A stretch of DNA of 32,228 nucleotides from an uncultured Candidatus Saccharibacteria bacterium. Its GTDB lineage: Bacteria; Patescibacteriota; Minisyncoccia; Phycocordibacterales; CAYZPE01. Shown piece by piece: positions 1-4,647 of this stretch. A model generated the notes under the pieces. The model saw only the letters and a list, made by a program, of their open reading frames with translations, was not told the DNA's origin and did not search any database. The stretch lies in assembly GCA_964480575.1 (NCBI GenBank), contig CAYZPE010000004.1, positions 1 through 32,228 on the forward strand, given 5' to 3'. Within the stretch, counting starts at the first letter, position 1, and each line of letters starts with the position of its first letter. The position numbers were made by a program, and so were the translations under genes.

Positions 1-143
1 CCATAGAGATTGCCATTGTCGGTCAGGGCAAGGGCGGTCATCTCATGTTTTTTTGCCGCTTCTATAAGGTCAGGAATTTTTGGTAATGCTTGAAGAAGGG
101 AGTAGTGGGAGTGAACGTGAAGGTGAACAAATTTAGATGACAT
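1..143 (-). CDS. dnaE: DNA polymerase III alpha subunit, N-terminal PHP domain (partial, continues off the window)
   Basis: The reverse complement of 1-143 reads MSSKFVHLHVHSHYSLLQALPKIPDLIEAAKKHEMTALALTDNGNLYG. This is the classic DnaE PHP-domain start (HxHxHS.YSLL ... ALTDHGNLYG). The ATG is the complement of 141-143. Confidence 0.8.
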   Translation of the reverse strand, partial: MSSKFVHLHVHSHYSLLQALPKIPDLIEAAKKHEMTALALTDNGNLY

Positions 144-152
144 TATCTGATT

Positions 153-181
153 AGTTTAGCACTTCAGAATGGAATTATGAA
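153..181 (-). promoter_or_regulatory. Candidate dnaE promoter: -35 TTCATA, extended -10 TGcTAAACT, 9 nt to the ATG, no SD
   Basis: The minus strand reads ...TTCATA(181-176)...TGcTAAACT(161-153) aatcagata ATG(143). There is no purine-rich SD in the 9-nt gap. Confidence 0.45.
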
Positions 182-199
182 TTATGAATTAAGAATTAT
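172..199. repeat. Tandem heptamer repeat (GAATTAT x2, GAATTAA, GAATTAT), with a degenerate fifth unit GAGTAGA
   Basis: Direct reading gives gaattat gaattat gaattaa gaattat at 172-199. The repeat overlaps and extends upstream of the putative dnaE -35. Confidence 0.8.
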
Positions 200-262
200 G
201 AGTAGAGAGTGACTGAAGACATAACGGTATTACGTAGAAAAACGTAGTTCCCCCTGATTACA

Positions 263-290
263 ACCCGCGTAGCGATACGTGGGTTTTTTT
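263..290 (+). terminator. Orphan intrinsic-terminator-like hairpin with a T7 run (no plus-strand gene upstream)
   Basis: ACCCGCGT (263-270) pairs with ACGTGGGT (277-284), 8 bp including one G-U, loop agcgat. It is followed by TTTTTTT (284-290). Confidence 0.5.
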
Positions 291-311
291 CATTCTCATT
301 TTTTCGCGCTA
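285..311 (+). repeat. Direct repeat copy A (27 bp, TTTTTTCATTCTCATTTTTTCGCGCTA)
   Basis: Identical to 980-1006. Similarity extends 5' through GTGG with a 2-nt indel. Both copies directly follow a hairpin plus T-run. Confidence 0.9.
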
Positions 312-337
312 TAAATAGAACCAAGTAGTAAACCAAT

Positions 338-366
338 TTGACTTACGAATATTTAAGTGTTAAATT
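338..366 (+). promoter_or_regulatory. Candidate promoter of the 457-966 ORF: TTGACT, 17-nt spacer, TGtTAAATT
   Basis: TTGACT at 338-343, a 17-nt spacer, TG at 358-359 and TAAATT at 361-366. It would give a leader of about 85 nt. Confidence 0.55.
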
Positions 367-456
367 TTATACAGATGAAGTCTGTAGCTTCTAGAGTCAA
401 TTAACCAGACTCGAAAAATAAGTGGTTTCGTACATTTCAATTTGAAAGGAAGTAGC

Positions 457-966
457 ATGTCACGTCAGAGGATTCTTTACAGAGTAGAGAAGAACGGTTA
501 CGCGATAGAGGAGGAGGTATTGGGCTTAAGGCTGGGAAATGTTAGTCCTCCTCTGTATGAGGAATTCAAGCCTGCGTTAGTGAGTGCTATACAGCTAGTG
601 CGGCAAGGATTTTGGAACCCGTATCTCCCTAATACTGATTTGGCTCGAACTCTTTATAATTCAGTACTCAAAAAAATGAGAAGGAAGGGTCTTAAACGTT
701 CGACTGAAAAATTTGCTCTGTATCCAACAATCGGCACGGCATTAGATTTCTATCACGGTGTTGATTGTGTGTTTCTTCTTTGTGATACATGGTATGTGAC
801 TATCGATATCAGTATGAGAAACAACAAGCCATTTAAAGCGGATGTGCTTGTTAATCCGTCTTACTTCGCAGATAAGGATAAACTTGGACTGTTTTCGGAT
901 AATATTGTCGGGAAATTCGGGTATTTCAAGAAAAGTTTTTCATGCCGAACACCACTGCTCACATAA
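457..966 (+). CDS. Hypothetical protein, 169 aa, no domain recognised
   Basis: ATG at 457 is preceded by AAAGGAAG (445-452, 4-nt spacing). The track ORF begins at an upstream TTG (442). The gene has its own promoter and terminator and uses many G-ending codons (agg, ctg, gcg, gtg, cgg, ccg). Confidence 0.6.
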   Translation: MSRQRILYRVEKNGYAIEEEVLGLRLGNVSPPLYEEFKPALVSAIQLVRQGFWNPYLPNTDLARTLYNSVLKKMRRKGLKRSTEKFALYPTIGTALDFYHGVDCVFLLCDTWYVTIDISMRNNKPFKADVLVNPSYFADKDKLGLFSDNIVGKFGYFKKSFSCRTPLLT

Positions 967-985
967 GTTGAGTCAGTGGTTTTTT
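952..985 (+). terminator. Intrinsic terminator of the 457-966 ORF
   Basis: CCACTGCTC (952-960) pairs with GAGTCAGTGG (970-979), 9 bp with one bulge. The stop codon lies in the loop and TTTTTT follows at 980-985. Confidence 0.6.
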
Positions 986-1006
986 CATTCTCATTTTTTC
1001 GCGCTA
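980..1006 (+). repeat. Direct repeat copy B (27 bp), identical to 285-311
   Basis: Perfect 27/27 match. It covers the putative -35, the spacer and the first 2 nt of the -10 of the rnhB promoter. Confidence 0.9.
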
Positions 1007-1010
1007 AACT
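982..1010 (+). promoter_or_regulatory. Candidate rnhB promoter: TTTTCA, 17-nt spacer, TAAACT, 6 nt to GTG 1017
   Basis: TTTTCA at 982-987 and TAAACT at 1005-1010, then atatat and GTG. No SD is present. Confidence 0.35.
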
Positions 1011-1016
1011 ATATAT

Positions 1017-1628
1017 GTGCGGAAAATTCCTAAACATATAACCCATATTATCGGTATCGATGAAGCGGGGCGAGGGCCTTTGGCAGGACCTGTTGCTGTG
1101 GGGGCGTTTTGTATTCCAGTCAATTTTGATCGCAAGTTTTTTATAAAAGTAATGGATTCAAAGCAGTTGACCTCTGGAGCTCGGGAAGAATGGTTTTTAA
1201 AAATTAAGGAACTACAGAAAACGGGAAGTTTGCGCTACAAAGTTGCGCTTGTCAGTCATGTATTCATAGATACGCGAGGAATAGCGAAAGCTGTGCGGGC
1301 TGGGATTAAAAGAGTTATTTCTCGTTTGAATCTTGATCCAAAGAAAGCTCTGGTGCTTTTAGATGGATCGCTCAAGGCTCCTCAAGAGTTTGTTTTTCAG
1401 GAAACAATAATAAAAGGGGACGCAAAAGAAGCTGTGATTGGATGTGCGTCGATAATGGCAAAGGTGACAAGAGACAGGTATATGACTCGGCTTGCAAAGT
1501 CATATCCCCAATATACTTTCAATATTCACAAAGGGTACGGTACGTCAGTGCATCGAAAGGCAATAAAGAAATTTGGCCCCTCAAAAATTCATCGTTTAAG
1601 TTTTCTTACGAAGCTCTTGAAAAAATAG
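1017..1628 (+). CDS. rnhB: Ribonuclease HII
   Basis: IIGIDEAGRGPLAGPVAVGA is the RNase HII catalytic N-terminal motif. The GTG start at 1017 is the only in-frame start upstream of that motif. Confidence 0.9.
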   Translation: MRKIPKHITHIIGIDEAGRGPLAGPVAVGAFCIPVNFDRKFFIKVMDSKQLTSGAREEWFLKIKELQKTGSLRYKVALVSHVFIDTRGIAKAVRAGIKRVISRLNLDPKKALVLLDGSLKAPQEFVFQETIIKGDAKEAVIGCASIMAKVTRDRYMTRLAKSYPQYTFNIHKGYGTSVHRKAIKKFGPSKIHRLSFLTKLLKK

Positions 1629-1691
1629 TCCTACAGGTGTACGTTTGATATAGGCGTACAAAATATTCACATTTTTTTCGAAAGGGAACAC

Positions 1692-1925
1692 ATGTTATGT
1701 TCTAGCCCCGTCTCGCTTCCAGTTAAGATGTTGTCAGGATCTGTTCCGTTTGAATCGGTTTCTGATCGTCAGCTCTTTTTTCTGGATGGAACACTACATC
1801 GAAAAGTATTGCCTGAAAACGGGAGTAATGCTTTTAGTTGTACTACCTTTCTTTACAAAGAGGTTTCAGATAAGACGATGGTTATGATCAATGTCGAACC
1901 TGAAACCACACCTCCTGCTGGTTAG
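1692..1925 (+). CDS. Small hypothetical ORF (77 aa), doubtful
   Basis: AAGGGA (1682-1687) lies 4 nt upstream of the ATG, and a terminator hairpin overlaps the stop codon. No similarity was recognised. It sits where yceD/DUF177 usually precedes rpmF. Confidence 0.3.
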   Translation: MLCSSPVSLPVKMLSGSVPFESVSDRQLFFLDGTLHRKVLPENGSNAFSCTTFLYKEVSDKTMVMINVEPETTPPAG

Positions 1926-1938
1926 GAGGTGTTTTGTT
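1908..1938 (+). terminator. Intrinsic terminator-like hairpin
   Basis: ACACCTCCT (1908-1916) pairs with AGGAGGTGT (1924-1932), 9 bp perfect, loop gctggtt, followed by TTTGTT. Confidence 0.55.
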
Positions 1939-1965
1939 GCCATTTTTTATAAAATAAGCTAGACT
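1937..1965 (+). promoter_or_regulatory. rpmF promoter: TTGCCA, 17-nt spacer, TAGACT, 6 nt to the ATG (leaderless-type)
   Basis: TTGCCA at 1937-1942, a 17-nt spacer, TAGACT at 1960-1965, then gttttt and ATG at 1972. No SD. Confidence 0.55.
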
Positions 1966-1971
1966 GTTTTT

Positions 1972-2202
1972 ATGGTAAACCGAATGAGATCTACCCGGTC
2001 ACACACCGGAAATAGACGTTCACACCACGCTCTTAAAGTGGGTGGTCTTTCTACATGTGCAAACTGTGGAACGGCAATTCAGAGACATACAATGTGTGCA
2101 AATTGCGGTATGTATAAAGGCCGTCAGGTTGTTGACGTGAAGGCTCAGATTGCAAAGAAAGAAAAGAAGACGAAAGAAAAAGCAGGAGTACAAGTTAAAT
2201 AG
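1972..2202 (+). CDS. rpmF: 50S ribosomal protein L32
   Basis: The basic N-terminus RSTRSHTGNRRSHHAL plus CxxC...CxxC (CANCG...CANCG) is typical of zinc-ribbon L32. Confidence 0.9.
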   Translation: MVNRMRSTRSHTGNRRSHHALKVGGLSTCANCGTAIQRHTMCANCGMYKGRQVVDVKAQIAKKEKKTKEKAGVQVK

Positions 2203-2239
2203 AAGTAACTACTGTTATCTTTATTTAACTTGTGCGGAC

Positions 2240-2274
2240 GTACTCGAGTTTTTCCACCAGAAAAACTCGAGTAC
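2240..2274 (+). other. Perfect 14-bp hairpin between rpmF and nusB with no downstream U-tract
   Basis: GTACTCGAGTTTTT (2240-2253), loop ccaccag, AAAAACTCGAGTAC (2261-2274). Confidence 0.6.
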
Positions 2275-2279
2275 AGGAG

Positions 2280-2288
2280 TGGTAAATT
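2280..2288 (+). promoter_or_regulatory. Candidate extended -10 (TGgTAAATT) upstream of nusB
   Basis: TG at 2280-2281 and TAAATT at 2283-2288, 18 nt before ATG 2307. No SD in between. Confidence 0.35.
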
Positions 2289-2306
2289 CGGGTTCTTAAC
2301 GTTTCT

Positions 2307-3203
2307 ATGGCTAATAGGCACCTTTCCAGATCAATTGTTATGCAGACACTCTTCGAGTGTGATTTTGCTCTCAAAAATGACGCAGAAGCGTTAATAATTT
2401 TCAAACGAAATGTAGAGGAGTTTGCTCCTGGCGTTTCTGACATATCTTTCATGGAGGATTTGCTCCGGGGAGTGCTTTCAAAGAAAAAAGATCTCGACAT
2501 AATCATTATTAAAGCTGCTCCAGATTGGCCGCTTGAAAAGATTTCTGTTGTGGATAGGAATATTTTGCGTATAGGGCTTTATGAGCTTCTTTTTGCGTCT
2601 CGCGATCAAGTTCCTCCTAAGGTTGCGATTAACGAAGCGATCGAGCTTGCAAAGACTTTCGGTGGTGAGACCTCTGGTCGATTTGTAAACGGAGTTTTGG
2701 GTGCTGTGTACAAAGAAATCGGTGAGCCAGGAAAAGAGGAGCAGTCAAAGAAAAAGAAGTTCTCTGATGTTCCTGACGACAAAGCTCCGATAGAGCATTT
2801 AGGTGGCGCTATTGTCTACGCAAAAGAAAAAGGTGATGTATATCTTGCTCTTGTTCATGATATTTTTGGTCATTGGACTCTTTCAAAGGGTCATATTACA
2901 GATGGTGAAGATGTGGCAGAAGGCACAGCACGTGAGATAGAAGAGGAACTCGGGCTAGGTGTTGAGATTAAAGAAAAGATTGGAGAAAACGCATATATTG
3001 CTCATGATCCAGAAAAGGGAAAAATAAAAAAGCAGGTAACCTACTTTTTAGCTCAATCTGCATTTAAAGAAATTAAGCTTGGAAAGAGTGGTGGGCTCGA
3101 TGATGCTCGATGGTTTAAACTTGCCGATATCCTTGACCTTAATTTTTATAATGATATTCTGCCTATTGTGACTAAGGCAGTCAACATCTTATTGAAAAAG
3201 TAG
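2307..3203 (+). CDS. nusB: NusB (antitermination factor) fused to a C-terminal Nudix hydrolase domain
   Basis: The N-terminal ~140 aa are NusB-like (RSIVMQTLFECDF ... DRNILRIGLYELLF ... VAINEAIELAK ... FVNGVLG). A K/E-rich linker follows. The C-terminus carries a complete Nudix box, GHITDGEDVAEGTAREIEEELGL (nt 2889-2957), matching GX5EX7REUXEEXGU. Confidence 0.85.
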   Translation: MANRHLSRSIVMQTLFECDFALKNDAEALIIFKRNVEEFAPGVSDISFMEDLLRGVLSKKKDLDIIIIKAAPDWPLEKISVVDRNILRIGLYELLFASRDQVPPKVAINEAIELAKTFGGETSGRFVNGVLGAVYKEIGEPGKEEQSKKKKFSDVPDDKAPIEHLGGAIVYAKEKGDVYLALVHDIFGHWTLSKGHITDGEDVAEGTAREIEEELGLGVEIKEKIGENAYIAHDPEKGKIKKQVTYFLAQSAFKEIKLGKSGGLDDARWFKLADILDLNFYNDILPIVTKAVNILLKK

Positions 3204-3228
3204 GCTTCTTGTTTGGCGCGCCGAGTCA

Positions 3229-3262
3229 GGAATTTTCCTCAACTTCGTTGCGAAAAATCTCC
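3229..3262 (+). promoter_or_regulatory. Imperfect hairpin upstream of rnc (GGAATTTTC ... GAAAAATCTCC)
   Basis: The arms are at 3229-3237 and 3252-3262. The arm sequences resemble those of the hairpin at 4136-4192 downstream of rnc. Confidence 0.4.
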
Positions 3263-3267
3263 CGGCA

Positions 3268-3290
3268 TGATTTTTCAAGTGGAAAAATCA
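3268..3290 (+). promoter_or_regulatory. Perfect 9-bp hairpin TGATTTTTC / GAAAAATCA
   Basis: Arms at 3268-3276 and 3282-3290, loop aagtg. Confidence 0.5.
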
Positions 3291-3366
3291 GGACTATATC
3301 AAAAACTTAAGTCTAAGAAGATCTTATTTCGATTATTAAATAATTTAATTGAGCGGTGGGAATTAT

Positions 3367-3383
3367 GAATCAATATTTGATTC
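3367..3383. promoter_or_regulatory. 17-bp palindrome GAATCAA-tat-TTGATTC upstream of rnc (operator-like)
   Basis: Perfect 7-bp arms. A third TTGATTC lies at 3398-3404, 21 bp downstream of the second. Confidence 0.4.
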
Positions 3384-3410
3384 TTAACTCCAACATCTTG
3401 ATTCAGCTGT

Positions 3411-4106
3411 ATGATATTCAACGTAGAAGACGTAGAAAAAATACTAGGATTAACGTTTAAGAACAAAGACCTTTTAAAACAGGCTTTTATTCATCGTTCT
3501 TATATAAATGAGAACAAAAATCTCAGTCTTGAACATAATGAACGTTTGGAGTTTTTGGGTGATGCAGTTTTAGAACTTGTGGTTACGCACCATCTCTACG
3601 AAAAATATCCGGACAAAACAGAAGGTGATATGACCTCGTATCGTTCAGCTTTGGTGAATGCAGATACGTGTTCCGATATTGCAGAAAAATTAAATTTTAA
3701 TGAACACCTTCTTCTTTCTCGAGGTGAATCAAAAGATACTGGACGTGCTCGACAATACATTCTTGCGAATACACTGGAGTCGGTTATTGGCGCAATATAT
3801 CTTGATCAGGGATACGATGCGGCGAAACAATTTATTGATACTCATATCACTCCACTTGCAGAAGATGTGATAAAGAAAGGTTTGTGGATGGATGCTAAAA
3901 GTCGTTTTCAAGAGAAAGCTCAGGAAATTACCGGACTTACTCCTATGTATAAAACGGTGAAAGAAGTTGGTCCCGATCATGACAAGAAATTTTCTGTTGC
4001 TGTATGTATTGGTCCTGAACAGGTTGCGGTAGGTGAGGGAAGGTCAAAGCAGGATGCGGAGCAGGAGGCTGCTCGCAAAGGACTTGAAGCTAAAGACTGG
4101 CAGTAG
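3411..4106 (+). CDS. rnc: Ribonuclease III
   Basis: It has the RNase III signature ERLEFLGDAVLELVV and a C-terminal dsRBD (GPDHDKKF...GEGRSKQDAEQEAA). Confidence 0.95.
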   Translation: MIFNVEDVEKILGLTFKNKDLLKQAFIHRSYINENKNLSLEHNERLEFLGDAVLELVVTHHLYEKYPDKTEGDMTSYRSALVNADTCSDIAEKLNFNEHLLLSRGESKDTGRARQYILANTLESVIGAIYLDQGYDAAKQFIDTHITPLAEDVIKKGLWMDAKSRFQEKAQEITGLTPMYKTVKEVGPDHDKKFSVAVCIGPEQVAVGEGRSKQDAEQEAARKGLEAKDWQ

Positions 4107-4135
4107 GGTCTTTTTACGATATGTTTTTGTTGAAA

Positions 4136-4192
4136 GGAATTTTTGCTCCTGCGCAGTAGGTTGACTACAGCTTAGTCGCAAAAATTCATTCC
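4136..4192 (+). promoter_or_regulatory. Long imperfect hairpin downstream of rnc (GGAATTTTTGC ... GCAAAAATTCATTCC)
   Basis: Arms at 4136-4146 and 4178-4192 with a 3-nt bulge. The inner region also has partial self-complementarity (GCAGTAG / CTACAGC). Confidence 0.4.
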
Positions 4193-4231
4193 GCCTCGAC
4201 CTCTCACAAAAATACTCCTACTTGAAGATTT

Positions 4232-4271
4232 TGAAAAAGAAAAAAGCCCAGTCGCGTATGCGACTGGGCTT
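4232..4271 (-). terminator. Strong intrinsic terminator, best read on the minus strand
   Basis: Perfect 12-bp stem AAGCCCAGTCGC (4244-4255) / GCGACTGGGCTT (4260-4271), loop gtat. On the minus strand it is followed by TTTTTTCTTTTT. On the plus strand a weaker GTGGGTTTTGTTGTGTTTT follows. Confidence 0.75.
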
Positions 4272-4294
4272 GTGGGTTTTGTTGTGTTTTCAAA

Positions 4295-4513
4295 TTAGGC
4301 AGGAGGCGTTTGGTGCTGCTGGGGCTTGCTCACGGCCTGCCTGTGTCGTTCGAGAGCGTTTACGTTTGGGTATATGCCATTGGTTGACTGTAGAACATTT
4401 CGATCTTTCTTGGCCTGCAAACGACGATTGTAATCTTCATGGGATTTTCCGCTGACCGACTTGCGTGACTTCGCCTTCGGCTTCTTGTTGTCCGACTTCT
4501 TCGAAAACTCCAT
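4295..4513 (-). CDS. Small, highly basic hypothetical protein (72 aa)
   Basis: MEFSKKSDNKKPKAKSRKSVSGKSHEDYNRRLQAKKDRN... The ATG (complement of 4511-4513) is preceded by AGGA at 9-nt spacing. A strong terminator lies downstream. G/C-ending codons (aag, tcg, ccg, gcg) are unlike neighbouring genes. Confidence 0.45.
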   Translation of the reverse strand: MEFSKKSDNKKPKAKSRKSVSGKSHEDYNRRLQAKKDRNVLQSTNGIYPNVNALERHRQAVSKPQQHQTPPA

Positions 4514-4612
4514 TGTAGAGAATCCTAAAAGAACCCTGATCTTGCTTGTATACGACATGCATACAAGACTTTCTTTTACTAAATTAACATTACTGAATAA
4601 ACATGTCAACGA

Positions 4613-4641
4613 TTCAGAAAACTCTCTTTCAATGCTAAAAT
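4613..4641 (+). promoter_or_regulatory. smc promoter: TTCAGA, 17-nt spacer, TGcTAAAAT, 6 nt to the ATG (leaderless-type)
   Basis: TTCAGA at 4613-4618, TG at 4633-4634, TAAAAT at 4636-4641, then ttcaca and ATG at 4648. Confidence 0.5.
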
Positions 4642-4647
4642 TTCACA

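Noticed and set aside
842-1046. Short ORFs 842-1033 (plus) and 861-1046 (minus) spanning the end of the 457-966 gene and the rnhB start.
   Set aside because: They cross the terminator, the 27-bp repeat and the rnhB promoter and start, and have no translation signals.
4222-4455. A 77-aa plus-strand ORF downstream of rnc.
   Set aside because: It starts at a TTG and reads straight through the perfect 12-bp terminator hairpin. The opposite-strand ORF has an ATG, an SD-like AGGA and a terminator in the correct orientation.
4232-4560. The GC-rich island as SRP RNA, RNase P RNA or tmRNA.
   Set aside because: I could not find the SRP domain IV motif (GGAA tetraloop flanked by AGCA / GGUC-type loops), the RNase P GAGGAAAGUCC-type motif, or a tmRNA tRNA-like end on either strand. 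The protein-coding reading is kept at modest confidence. A covariance-model scan is still needed.
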